A stretch of 64,000 bases of DNA from Vicinamibacterales bacterium (GCA_035537955.1 DATLLF010000097.1:13184-77183); one strand, 5' to 3'; numbered from the stretch's first letter, positions 1 to 9,062 are shown. Translations and numbers: made by a program. Notes: a model not told the origin generated them from the letters alone.

Positions 1-2
1 GG

Positions 3-554
3 TGCAGTCTGCTGGCGGATCTGCAACGGACCTCTGCGCTTCGCGCGGAGGCCTTCGAACTTCGCGAACTTCTACTGGAGGGGCGTTGGCGGGTCACACG
101 CCCGATATTCGAGGTGTATCTCGAATCCGCCTCCAATTGGGCTGGCGCAGGCGAGCCGCCCGCGAACTACCTGATCGCGCTATCCGAGGCTGTTCATTCT
201 GTCTGGTTGGCGCAGGCAACGGCGCCGCCGGGCAGCGAGCCGGCAGATCGCTGGGTTGGGCACCGCACGGTCATTGCAGCCGGCGGTTTCCAGTTCACCG
301 TCCTGTCGCAGCGGTTCGGTGCCCGCACGCACATCCTGATTGCAGGCCCAGCCTATGTCGAGGACCAATGGAAGTCGCGTATAGCCTCGCTCGAAGCGCG
401 TCACCATGTGCAAAGCACGCTTCAGGCGCCTGGCCAGCGCGGATCGGGCGATGTCATCCGTCGCGCCGCGCCGGAGACGGGTCTGCCATGGACCCTTGTG
501 GTCAGAGACGCGTCTCCACGTAATGGTGCTCGAGAATTTGCTGCCGGCCGGTAA
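3..554 (+). CDS. hypothetical protein, C-terminal fragment (5' end lies outside the window)
   Basis: Frame 3 is open from the window edge to TAA at 552-554; the ORF track lists only the internal GTG at 114. Amino-acid composition is plausible, unlike the Arg/Cys-rich alternative frame 2..523. No recognisable motif. Confidence 0.4.
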   Translation, partial: CSLLADLQRTSALRAEAFELRELLLEGRWRVTRPIFEVYLESASNWAGAGEPPANYLIALSEAVHSVWLAQATAPPGSEPADRWVGHRTVIAAGGFQFTVLSQRFGARTHILIAGPAYVEDQWKSRIASLEARHHVQSTLQAPGQRGSGDVIRRAAPETGLPWTLVVRDASPRNGAREFAAGR

Positions 555-688
555 CGGCGCAAAGCAGGTAAGGCGTACGTGTGAAAGGGCCGGCGAAAGA
601 AACCCGGAGCTCCGAATGGCGGCGAGTCAGAGGTCTGCGGCTGTGAACCGGCTCCTCAGAGGTCTTTCAGCGGCCCGTAAAGCCGTGA

Positions 689-708
689 AGGCCGGCTAAA
701 GCCGGCCT
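689..708. terminator. short GC hairpin between convergent genes (possible terminator)
   Basis: AGGCCGGCT aa AGCCGGCCT inverted repeat in the 178-bp spacer between the partial CDS and the ftsH stop. No clear T-tract on either strand. Confidence 0.3.
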
Positions 709-732
709 CTACTTCCTGACTCCTGGCTCCTG

Positions 733-2526
733 TCAAAGTCGCGCGTCGGCGCGGCGCAGAAGCTCCTGGATCTCGTCAGCCTCGAGCGACTCCTGTTCGA
801 GCAGCGCTTCCGCCATGAGCCGCACGGCGTCGCGGTTCTTCTCGATGATCGCCGTCGCGTGGCCGTACGCGTTCATCACGACGGTGCGGATTTCTTCGTC
901 GACGCGCTGTGCGGTCGCTTCGCTCACGGTATGGTGTTTGTCGCTCTCGAACGCGTTCCCCGGCTTGCGGAATGCGAGGGGGCCGAGCGGCGACATGCCG
1001 AACTCGCAGACCATGTGCTGCGCGATGTCGGTGGCGCGCTCGATGTCGTTCGAGGCACCGCTCGTCATGTGGTTCATGAAGATCTCTTCGGCGACGCGCC
1101 CGCCCATCAGCACGGCAACCTGCGTCTCGAGGTAATGCTTTGTATACGTGTGCCGGTCCGCCTCAGGCAGCTGCATCGTCACACCCATCGCACGGCCACG
1201 AGGGATGATCGTCACTTTGTGCAGCGGATCGGCATCGGGGAGCAGCGCGGCAACTACTGCGTGCCCGGCCTCGTGATACGCGCAGTTCACGCGGTCCATC
1301 TCGCTGAGGACGACCGAGCGGCGCTCGACGCCCATCAGGACCTTGTCGCGCGCCTCGCGCAGGTCCGAATCCGTGACCATCGCGCGGCCCGAGCGGCCGG
1401 CGAGCAGCGCCGCCTCGTTGACGAGATTCGCGAGGTCTGCGCCGGAGAACCCCGGGGTGCCCCGCGCGATCGATCGCAGGTCCACAACCTCGGCGATCGT
1501 GATCCGTCGCGCGTGCACGCGAAGAATGGCCTCGCGTCCCTTCAGATCCGGATTGCCGACGGTGACCTGGCGGTCGAAGCGCCCCGGACGCAGCAACGCG
1601 GGATCGAGAATGTCCTGACGGTTGGTCGCGGCAATGACAACGATCCCCGCGTGGCCCTCGAAGCCATCCATTTCGACGAGGAGCTGATTCAGCGTCTGCT
1701 CGCGTTCCTCATGGCTCAGCGAACTGCCGCCGCGGCTCCGTCCGACGGCATCGAGCTCGTCGATGAAGACGATGCACGATTTGTGGCGGCGGGCCTCTTT
1801 GAAGAGTCGACGCACGCGAGAGGCGCCGACGCCGGCATACATCTCGACGAAATCCGAACCACTGGCGAAGAGGAAGGGCACGCCGGCCTCCCCGGCGATC
1901 GAACGCGCAAGCAGGGTCTTGCCGGTCCCAGGAGGGCCCACGAGAAGAACGCCCTTCGGGATGCGTCCGCCGAGACTCGAGAACCGCTCGGGCTCGCGAA
2001 GGAAGTCGACGATCTCCTTCACTTCGTCCTTTGCCTCATCGACACCTGCGACATCCTGGAACGTGATGACGCTGTCGCCGCGGACCGCGACGCGGGCGCG
2101 GCCCGTCATCGACGGGATTCGTCCGGCGGTGACCCGGTAGACTGTGAAGCCGATGAGCCCGAGGAAGGCCATGCCAATCATGATCGCGGGGTAGTTCAGC
2201 GCGTTCGGATCGGGTTGCGGCCGCGCGTCTACGCGGATCCCGCGGCTGACCAGGTTGGTCACGAACGAGGCGTTCGCCGCGAGAAATTGCGGCGGCGGCA
2301 CCGTGCGGATCGCGGTGCCGTCCTTCAGTGTGACTTGAAGATCGCGCTCGTCGAACATGACTTGCGCGACGTGCCCGGCCTCGACGCGCTGGAGGAAGTC
2401 TGAGAAGGGTACCGATGTCGGGGCGGGCGCGCGGCTGGTCAGATACAGAATGGTCGGCGCGCCCGTCAAGGCGAGCACGACGACAAGGAGAATGATCAGT
2501 CGGCGACGAGGGCGCGGTAGCTCCAC
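733..2526 (-). CDS. ftsH: ATP-dependent zinc metalloprotease FtsH
   Basis: 597 aa. N-terminal TM segments, Walker A GPPGTGKT, Walker [10 protein letters not shown] and zinc site HEAGHAV. GTG start. Confidence 0.95.
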   Translation of the reverse strand: MELPRPRRRLIILLVVVLALTGAPTILYLTSRAPAPTSVPFSDFLQRVEAGHVAQVMFDERDLQVTLKDGTAIRTVPPPQFLAANASFVTNLVSRGIRVDARPQPDPNALNYPAIMIGMAFLGLIGFTVYRVTAGRIPSMTGRARVAVRGDSVITFQDVAGVDEAKDEVKEIVDFLREPERFSSLGGRIPKGVLLVGPPGTGKTLLARSIAGEAGVPFLFASGSDFVEMYAGVGASRVRRLFKEARRHKSCIVFIDELDAVGRSRGGSSLSHEEREQTLNQLLVEMDGFEGHAGIVVIAATNRQDILDPALLRPGRFDRQVTVGNPDLKGREAILRVHARRITIAEVVDLRSIARGTPGFSGADLANLVNEAALLAGRSGRAMVTDSDLREARDKVLMGVERRSVVLSEMDRVNCAYHEAGHAVVAALLPDADPLHKVTIIPRGRAMGVTMQLPEADRHTYTKHYLETQVAVLMGGRVAEEIFMNHMTSGASNDIERATDIAQHMVCEFGMSPLGPLAFRKPGNAFESDKHHTVSEATAQRVDEEIRTVVMNAYGHATAIIEKNRDAVRLMAEALLEQESLEADEIQELLRRADARL

Positions 2527-2696
2527 AAAAGTTCCGTTCCGAGTGGCCCCCAGGCGCGAGAGCCATTCGAACGCGGACCTCCGTCCACGGACGCGGCACT
2601 GCAGCTGGCAGCGGATCTAATGTTTGAAGAAGAACACTCCGCTGGGGGTGGAATGTGCTCAGATTTTACAACGTGCCGGTGACTTAAGTAAGAGGG

Positions 2697-3410
2697 ATGA
2701 CTGCAAAAAGCTCGCCTCAGCCGTTTGCCTGGCTCGTCCATTTCTATACGGCGAGTGGCGCTGTGCTCGCCTTCATGGCAACGATAGCGACGTTCGATGC
2801 ACGCTTTCGCATGGCGTTTCTCCTCCTGATCGTCGCGACGGTGGTGGACGCCACTGACGGGATGCTCGCGCGGCGATCGGGGATCCCGGGGGCCACCCCC
2901 AACTTCGACGGCGCGCGGCTCGACGATATTGTCGACTATCTAACGTTCGTGTTCGTACCGATGCTGATCCTTTACCGCGCTGGCGATCTCCCGGACCGCT
3001 GGGACATATGGATCGTGGCAGCCGTCCTGCTGTCGAGCGGATACGGCTTCGCGTCGCTCGATGCGAAGACCTCCGATTACTTTTTCACCGGCTTTCCGTC
3101 CTACTGGAACATCGTGGCGCTGTACCTCCATGCGGCGCGGACTCCCGACGTCGTGAACGCCGCCGTGCTTCTTGCATTCGTGGTGCTGGTGTTCGTACGG
3201 ATCGGGTACGTCTATCCGTCGAGGACGCCGGTGCTGCAGGGAGTGACCAACGTGCTTGGGGCGGTCTGGGGTGTGATGATGCTTGTCGTCGTCTGGCGAC
3301 TGCCTGACGCTCCGCAATCCCTGCTGATCGCGTCCCTCTTTTTTCCCGTCTATTACGCCGTGCTCTCTTTCTGGCTCCACGCCAACCGTCCTTTCGTGCG
3401 ATCAACCTAA
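2697..3410 (+). CDS. pcs: phosphatidylcholine synthase (CDP-alcohol phosphatidyltransferase family)
   Basis: 237-aa multi-TM ORF. The motif DGMLAR-x12-G-x3-D-x3-D has the Pcs-type spacing. The block KTSDYFFTGFPSYWNIV resembles the Pcs block KTDEYFFSGFPVVWNMV. Confidence 0.8.
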   Translation: MTAKSSPQPFAWLVHFYTASGAVLAFMATIATFDARFRMAFLLLIVATVVDATDGMLARRSGIPGATPNFDGARLDDIVDYLTFVFVPMLILYRAGDLPDRWDIWIVAAVLLSSGYGFASLDAKTSDYFFTGFPSYWNIVALYLHAARTPDVVNAAVLLAFVVLVFVRIGYVYPSRTPVLQGVTNVLGAVWGVMMLVVVWRLPDAPQSLLIASLFFPVYYAVLSFWLHANRPFVRST

Positions 3411-3440
3411 GTGCCTCTCTATCTGAGAGTTGAAGCAAAC

Positions 3441-3529
3441 GGGGCCTGTCCCCGGTTTGGCGCCGACGGCGCCAAACCGGGGACAGGCCCCGTGTTGGCC
3501 ACGCCGTGCTGAAAACGGGGACAGGCCCC
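3441..3529. repeat. 24-bp perfect inverted repeat plus a third, direct copy of its distal 14-mer
   Basis: GGGGCCTGTCCCCGGTTTGGCGCC (3441-3464) and its exact reverse complement (3468-3491) are separated by a 3-nt loop. CGGGGACAGGCCCC recurs at 3516-3529, inside the first codons of the PBP ORF. Confidence 0.85.
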
Positions 3530-5518
3530 CTCCGGGACCGCATCGCGAAGATCGTCTTCGCGGTGCTCGTGATCGTCAGCGTCAGCGGACTCACGTGGCT
3601 CATGCGGCAGACGTACGTCGTCTACAAGCTGCGCCGCGGCGTTGGGGATACCTGGTTTCTCGCGGCTGACGGGACGCGCTGGTTCAGGCTCGACGAACAC
3701 CGGCACGACGTGCCGCTGGCGGACATCCCGCCGCACGTGCGCGCGGCGTTCGTCGCCGTCGAGGATCACCGCTTCTACCACCACATCGGTGTGGACCCTC
3801 TCGCGCTCGGACGGGCGATCGTGCGCAACGTCTCCACGGGATCCACGCAGGGCGCCAGCACGCTGACGCAGCAACTCGCGCGAACGCTGTTCCTCTCGAA
3901 CCAGAAGTCATACGGACGCAAGCTGAAGGAGGCGATCCTCGCCGTCAACATCGATGCGCAGCTGACGAAGGATCAGGTCCTCGAGCTGTACTTGAACCGC
4001 ATTTACCTGAGCGCCGGCGTGTACGGAGTGGAGACGATGGCGCGCAGCCTGTTCGGGCGGCCGGCGCGGACGCTGACTATTGCGGAAGGCGCGCTGATCG
4101 CCGGACTCGCGCGCGCGCCGTCCGCGCTGTCGCCGTGGTCGAATCTCGACGGTGCGATCGAGCGCAGTCACGTCGTGCTGACGCGGATGCGCGAGGAGGG
4201 CTTCATCACCGAGGCACAGGAACGCGAGGCCAAACGGGCCCGCATCCGGATCCGCCCCTATCCCGCCGCCGCGGATCCGCGCGGCGGGTACGCGAAGGAG
4301 TATCTGCGTCAGCAGTTCCGCGACGAGTTCGGCGGTGATCATCCGCCCGACTGGGAGGTCCACACCACCTTCGTTCCCGAGTTGCAGGATGCCGCAGAGC
4401 GTGCGGTCAGCGAAGGCCTGCGGCGCTTCGGTGATGCCAACCTCCAGGCGGCGCTCGTGGCGGTCGACCCCGAGACGGGTGACATCCTCGCGATGGTTGG
4501 CGGCCGCGACTTTCGCGAATCGCAATTCAACCGCGCCGCGCGCAGCCGGCGTCAGCCCGGTTCTGCCTTCAAGCCGTTTCTGTTCGCAGCCGCGCTCGAA
4601 GGCGGTTACTCGCCAGTGTCGGTGCTCTCCGGCCTGGCGAACATTGCGCCCCAGGGCCCCGAGGAGTGGTCGCCGCGCAACTCCGATGGTGAGATCGTTG
4701 ATGCGGTGACGATCCGCGAAGCGGTCGTGCGCTCGAACAATCGCGCGGCTACGGCGCTGCAACAGCGCATGGGATCACGACCGGTGCTCCGTCTCGCCTC
4801 TGACGTCGGCATGCACGATCTGCCGGACGTGCCTTCGCTCTCGCTTGGCTCCGGCGTCGTGACCCCCATCGAATTGACCGTGGCGTTCGCGGCCTTTCCC
4901 AACGGTGGTTACGCGGTTCGTCCACGCGCGATCAAGACGGTGATCAATGGAGACGGCGCCACCGCGCTGCTGCGCGACAGCCAGCCTGAGCGCGTCATCT
5001 CCGAGCAGACGGCCTTCCAGATGGTGTCGATCCTCGAGGACGTCCTCGACCGCGGCACCGCGTCCGCGGCGCGCAGCTGGGGCATCACCTTTGCCGCCGG
5101 GGGCAAGACCGGCACTACGAACGATTTCAAGGACGCCTGGTTCGTCGGCTTCTCGTCTTCGATCGTCGTCGGGGTGTGGGTTGGCTTCGACCAGCCGAAA
5201 ACGATCGCGCCGAACGCGTATGGATCGCGTTACGCGCTCCCGCTATGGGCAGACTTCATGCGCCGCAGCACGCGCCTCCGTCCGCCGCAACCCTTCGAAG
5301 TGCCCGCGGGCATGCGCGAAATCGACCTCTGCGCCGTGTCGTACCTGCGACCCGTCGACGGCTGCCCGGTCTACGTGGAGTACCTCAAGGAGGGCGACGA
5401 GGCGCCGGGCCGCCTGTGCACAATCCACAAGGGCTCGGTAAAGCAACGCGTCCGCCGCGCCGTCGAAGGGCTCTTCACCGGCCTCGGCAAGAAGCTGAAA
5501 GGCATCTTCAAGCGCTAG
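3506..5518 (+). CDS. class A penicillin-binding protein (PBP1A-type transglycosylase/transpeptidase)
   Basis: 670 aa with an N-terminal TM anchor. GT51 motifs EDHRFYHH and GASTLTQQ. Transpeptidase motifs SAFK (SxxK), SNN (SxN) and KTGTT. GTG 3506 is the only start before the TM segment. Confidence 0.9.
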   Translation: MLKTGTGPLRDRIAKIVFAVLVIVSVSGLTWLMRQTYVVYKLRRGVGDTWFLAADGTRWFRLDEHRHDVPLADIPPHVRAAFVAVEDHRFYHHIGVDPLALGRAIVRNVSTGSTQGASTLTQQLARTLFLSNQKSYGRKLKEAILAVNIDAQLTKDQVLELYLNRIYLSAGVYGVETMARSLFGRPARTLTIAEGALIAGLARAPSALSPWSNLDGAIERSHVVLTRMREEGFITEAQEREAKRARIRIRPYPAAADPRGGYAKEYLRQQFRDEFGGDHPPDWEVHTTFVPELQDAAERAVSEGLRRFGDANLQAALVAVDPETGDILAMVGGRDFRESQFNRAARSRRQPGSAFKPFLFAAALEGGYSPVSVLSGLANIAPQGPEEWSPRNSDGEIVDAVTIREAVVRSNNRAATALQQRMGSRPVLRLASDVGMHDLPDVPSLSLGSGVVTPIELTVAFAAFPNGGYAVRPRAIKTVINGDGATALLRDSQPERVISEQTAFQMVSILEDVLDRGTASAARSWGITFAAGGKTGTTNDFKDAWFVGFSSSIVVGVWVGFDQPKTIAPNAYGSRYALPLWADFMRRSTRLRPPQPFEVPAGMREIDLCAVSYLRPVDGCPVYVEYLKEGDEAPGRLCTIHKGSVKQRVRRAVEGLFTGLGKKLKGIFKR

Positions 5519-5596
5519 CACCGAGCACCGAGCACCAGCACAGAGCACCAGCACAGAGCACCAGCACCGAGCACCAGCACCGAGCACCCAGCACGG
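5517..5596. repeat. tandem hexa/heptamer repeat AGCAC(C/A)(G), about 12 units
   Basis: Read directly: AGCACCG AGCACCG AGCACC AGCACAG AGCACC AGCACAG AGCACC AGCACCG AGCACC AGCACCG AGCACCC AGCACGG. It starts within the PBP stop codon and ends 24 nt before the kinase start. Confidence 0.85.
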
Positions 5597-5604
5597 TAAC
5601 GGTG

Positions 5605-5613
5605 TGATCTAAT
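5605..5613 (+). promoter_or_regulatory. extended -10-like element TGaTCTAAT, 6 nt upstream of GTG 5620
   Basis: TG-n-TCTAAT followed by CCGTTC and then GTG. No Shine-Dalgarno sequence in the gap. Confidence 0.3.
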
Positions 5614-5619
5614 CCGTTC

Positions 5620-7326
5620 GTGCTGGTCCCCGGGGCCCTGCTCGACAACCGCTATGAGATCCTGGCGCCGCTCGCCGAGGGCGGCATGGGCGCGGTGTAT
5701 CGGGCCCGGCGGATGCTCCTCGGCGACGAGGTCGCGATAAAAGTCGTTCGACAGGACGACGCCGACCATGCGGCGCGCGACCGCTTTCTTCGCGAGAGCC
5801 GCATAGCCGCGCGCCTGCGGCATCCATCCATCGTGTCGATCTTCGATTTCGACATGCCGGTCGGCGACGACCCGTACCTCGTGATGGAGCTGCTGAGCGG
5901 GCCGAGCCTCCGCGACGAGATCGGCGCGCGCGGACGGCTGGACGTCGAAGACGTTCAACGGATCCTGCCCGGTATTTGTGCCGCCCTGCACCTCGCGCAC
6001 ACGCATGGCATCGTGCACCGCGACATCAAGCCCGCGAATATCGTGGCGCACGAATACGAAGCGGGCGGACGCGTGTACAAGCTGGTGGACTTCGGCGTCG
6101 CCAACCTGCGTCAGTCGTCGATCGAGACGCGCCTCACGTCTGGCCATCAGTTCGTCGGGACCGCGGCCTACGCCTCGCCCGAGCAGATCAGCGGCCATGA
6201 AGTAGACGCGCGCAGCGACATCTACTCGGTCGGTGTCGTGCTGTTCGAGATGCTCACCGGCCAGATGGCATTCGCAGGCAACGACCTGATGGCGGTGGTG
6301 ACGGCGCAGATGAGCGCTGAGGTTCCCGATGCGCTGCGCGTTCGTCCCGACCTGCCGCCGTGGGTTGCCGCGGTGGCACGCAAGGCGATGGCTAAGGATC
6401 CCGCCGCGCGCTGGGCATCCGCGGCGGAACTTGCCGATGCGCTCTGCCCGGACGTCACGCCGACGAGAATCGGCGCGGCGTCCGCCGGCGGGTCACAGCT
6501 CGCACGCACCTACGACCTGCAGGAACGCATCGGGCCGGGAAGACTTGCCAGCGACGTATATCGAGGCGTTCACCGCGCACTCGGGCACCCGGTGGCGATC
6601 CGGATCCTCAGGCCGGGGTCTCACCCCAACTGGGACGCGGCCCGCGAGCGCTTCCTGCGCGAAGCGAAGGCGCTCCAGGTCTCGCACCCATCCGTGATCA
6701 ACGTGCGCGATTACGGAGAAGGCCCCGAAGGCGTCTACATCGTCACCGACTACATCGAGGGAGCGAGCGTCAGAACGCTGCTCGCGGAAGGAGGGCGGCT
6801 GCCGTGGGCGCAGCTCGAGCCGCTGCTGCAGCAACTGCTCGACGCGGTCCGCGTGCTGCACCGTCGCAACGCGTTCGTGTGTGGATTGACCCCGGAGATC
6901 ATGCGGATCAGAAATCCGGAAAGCGCCGAGGATCAGCCCCAGCTGATGATCTCGACCGCGGGTATATGGAGTGCGAAAGACCTTCTGGCGACGCTGCACG
7001 AGGACACGGTGCGCGGACTCTCCATCGCCGACGTCGAGCTTCGTTACGTCGCGCCGGAGTTGCTGACCGGCGGGACCGTGGACGCACGGTCTGACATCTA
7101 CACGATCGGGGTGCTGGCCTACGAAATGGCCACCGGCGGGCTGCCGTTCGATGGAGCGACGATGCCGCACCTGCTCGGCCGGATGCTGATCGGTGCCGCC
7201 GCCGATCCGCGCGCTATCGCCCCGGACCTGCCACAACACGTGTCTGACGCAATCATGCGGGCGCTGAAGCCGGATCCAGCGGATCGGTTTGCCAACGTGC
7301 GGGAGTTCGCGGCGGCGCTGGCCTAA
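5620..7326 (+). CDS. Ser/Thr protein kinase with an intact N-terminal kinase domain and a C-terminal pseudokinase domain
   Basis: Domain 1 has GGMGAVY, VAIK, HRDIKPAN, DFG and SPE. Domain 2 (aa ~297-565) keeps the fold and APE but has VAIR for VAIK, FVCGLTPEIM for HRDxKPxN and STAG for DFG. No TM segment or PASTA domain. Confidence 0.85.
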   Translation: MLVPGALLDNRYEILAPLAEGGMGAVYRARRMLLGDEVAIKVVRQDDADHAARDRFLRESRIAARLRHPSIVSIFDFDMPVGDDPYLVMELLSGPSLRDEIGARGRLDVEDVQRILPGICAALHLAHTHGIVHRDIKPANIVAHEYEAGGRVYKLVDFGVANLRQSSIETRLTSGHQFVGTAAYASPEQISGHEVDARSDIYSVGVVLFEMLTGQMAFAGNDLMAVVTAQMSAEVPDALRVRPDLPPWVAAVARKAMAKDPAARWASAAELADALCPDVTPTRIGAASAGGSQLARTYDLQERIGPGRLASDVYRGVHRALGHPVAIRILRPGSHPNWDAARERFLREAKALQVSHPSVINVRDYGEGPEGVYIVTDYIEGASVRTLLAEGGRLPWAQLEPLLQQLLDAVRVLHRRNAFVCGLTPEIMRIRNPESAEDQPQLMISTAGIWSAKDLLATLHEDTVRGLSIADVELRYVAPELLTGGTVDARSDIYTIGVLAYEMATGGLPFDGATMPHLLGRMLIGAAADPRAIAPDLPQHVSDAIMRALKPDPADRFANVREFAAALA

Positions 7327-7449
7327 CGGCAACGCCAAACTACAAACTTCAAAAACTCCAAACTACAAAAACCTTCAAACTACAAAACTCCACAAGTCCA
7401 AGGCTGGCAAGCACATGAGGCTTTGGAGCTTTGAAGTTTGGCGTTGCCG
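7327..7449. repeat. low-GC heptad-repeat (NCAAACT) hairpin element, copy A
   Basis: The left arm CGGCAACGCCAAACTACAAACTTCAAA... pairs with the right arm ...TTTGAAGTTTGGCGTTGCCG. It fills the spacer between convergent stops at 7324-7326 and 7458-7460. Confidence 0.8.
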
Positions 7450-7457
7450 GTCTCTCG

Positions 7458-9062
7458 TCAGTTCCTCGACCGGACAATGGGATAAACCGTGACGCCTTCA
7501 CCGAGGACGGAGTCGAGGAGGTTCCAATCCGCCAGACCGTCGTCACTGCGCGGTTCGATCAGATAGAAGCCGAGGCGGCCGAGCGGCTGTTTCACGTCGA
7601 TGACGATCGTGCCTGCCGGCAGCTCACGTTCGACGGGAACCCACTTGCCTTCGAGCGTACGTTCACTGTGCCCTTCGAACGGACGCTGCGCGACGGTGTT
7701 GCCGGTGATCTGGAATTCTTCCACCTGTACCGTGGTCGGCTTCGCCAGCGTTGTGGTTCGCACGCCGTGCGCACGCAGGTTCGCGATCGCGCCGGTCAGA
7801 TTCGCAGGCAGGTAATAGGCCGACGGAACGCGCTCCGTTTCAGTCGCTTCGAACGTGCCGTACTCCACCATCTTCACCGGGTTCTTGACGTCGTCCTTCC
7901 GTAATTCCATGGTGTGTCCGTCGACCGGGTGCTTCTCCTGCGTCGTCTCTCCCATGAGAATATCGACCATCTCGCCACGCGCCATCTGCGCGCGCAGTCC
8001 GAGCCGGGTTCCTACGATCTGTTTGCTATCTGCGTCCGCGACGATCTTCCGGATCTTTGCTGCGTTGGAGTTGACGAAGTTGAGATTCTCCTCGACGAAT
8101 CTCGACGTCGCGAGCACGCGGTCCTTGAAGGAGGCGTATGCGAAAGCCTCGCTCAGCACGGCGATCCGGTTGCGCAGCCCGACGTAGTTGTTGTTGAACC
8201 GTGGGCGGTTGTCGAAGGTGCGCCAGGCGCGCTCCTGCGGCGCGTCGCCGCCGCCTCCGCGCCGTCCGCCGCCGCCGGTATTGCCGTAGTAGTAGTAATC
8301 CCAGTTGTACTTGTCGTGAATCGTCCTGGTGACCCAGGGCAGCCACTCTTTCCGGAGCAGGTCGATGATCGCGGGATCCGTCGACTGATTGAGCGGCGGC
8401 GCATACGTGAGCATGTAGGCATGCCGCGAGCCGTTCGTGGTGTGCAGGTCCATCGCGACGTGCGGGTCGTAGTCGTTCAGCAGCTTCACGAACGCGTGCG
8501 CTTCGGGCGAATCGAGCTTCATGTGATCCCGGTTGAGATCGAGCCCCTGGGCGTTCGGGCGCTGCCCCTGTCCGCCCATCGGTCCATGCTGAGGACCGCG
8601 GTTGTTCAGCGCCCACTTTTCGTTGCCGTCCGCGTTGTAGATGGGCGCAATGAGGAAGACCATCGTCTTCAGCCAGTCTTCGTGCTTTCCCTGCGCGAGC
8701 TCGCGGATCAGGATCTGCGCCGACTCCTTGCCCTCGACTTCGCCGCCGTGGATGTTGCCCTGGATGTAGACGCGGATCTTGTTCGTCGCGCGCACCGCCT
8801 GCGGCGTCGCATTGGCCGCCCCAATTACCGCGAGCGGAAGCGCACGCTTCTCGTTCGTCTCGCCGAACGTCGTCAGAAACACTTTCTTGGGCGCGGCCTT
8901 CGCGACGGCGTTCACGAAGTCGACGACGTCCTGGTAGTGACTGGTCTCCTGGTAATCCGTGCGCTCCGCGACGGTCTTCAGCTGGTCGAGCGCGGCGGGC
9001 GTCTGTGCGGATGCCGTTGCGACACAGGTGAGCAGGGCCGTCATCGTCAGGATGGCTCTCAA
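7458..9062 (-). CDS. secreted M14-family zinc carboxypeptidase
   Basis: Motifs IQGNIHGGEVEG (HxxE) and LDLNRDH. I prefer the TTG start at 9062, which is preceded by AAGGAG at 8 nt and yields the signal peptide MRAILTMTALLTCVATASAQ. The track ORF extends to 9200. Confidence 0.85.
   Translation of the reverse strand: MRAILTMTALLTCVATASAQTPAALDQLKTVAERTDYQETSHYQDVVDFVNAVAKAAPKKVFLTTFGETNEKRALPLAVIGAANATPQAVRATNKIRVYIQGNIHGGEVEGKESAQILIRELAQGKHEDWLKTMVFLIAPIYNADGNEKWALNNRGPQHGPMGGQGQRPNAQGLDLNRDHMKLDSPEAHAFVKLLNDYDPHVAMDLHTTNGSRHAYMLTYAPPLNQSTDPAIIDLLRKEWLPWVTRTIHDKYNWDYYYYGNTGGGGRRGGGGDAPQERAWRTFDNRPRFNNNYVGLRNRIAVLSEAFAYASFKDRVLATSRFVEENLNFVNSNAAKIRKIVADADSKQIVGTRLGLRAQMARGEMVDILMGETTQEKHPVDGHTMELRKDDVKNPVKMVEYGTFEATETERVPSAYYLPANLTGAIANLRAHGVRTTTLAKPTTVQVEEFQITGNTVAQRPFEGHSERTLEGKWVPVERELPAGTIVIDVKQPLGRLGFYLIEPRSDDGLADWNLLDSVLGEGVTVYPIVRSRN

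Noticed and set aside
859-2403. 514-aa ORF antisense to ftsH
   Set aside because: Shadow ORF. The FtsH motifs on the opposite strand are unambiguous, and the composition is Arg/Asp/His-biased.
2665-2690. TTTACA ... TAAGTA as a sigma-70 promoter / leaderless signal for pcs
   Set aside because: The spacer is only 13-14 nt, and the -10 candidate lacks the conserved final T. I did not count it among the leaderless examples.
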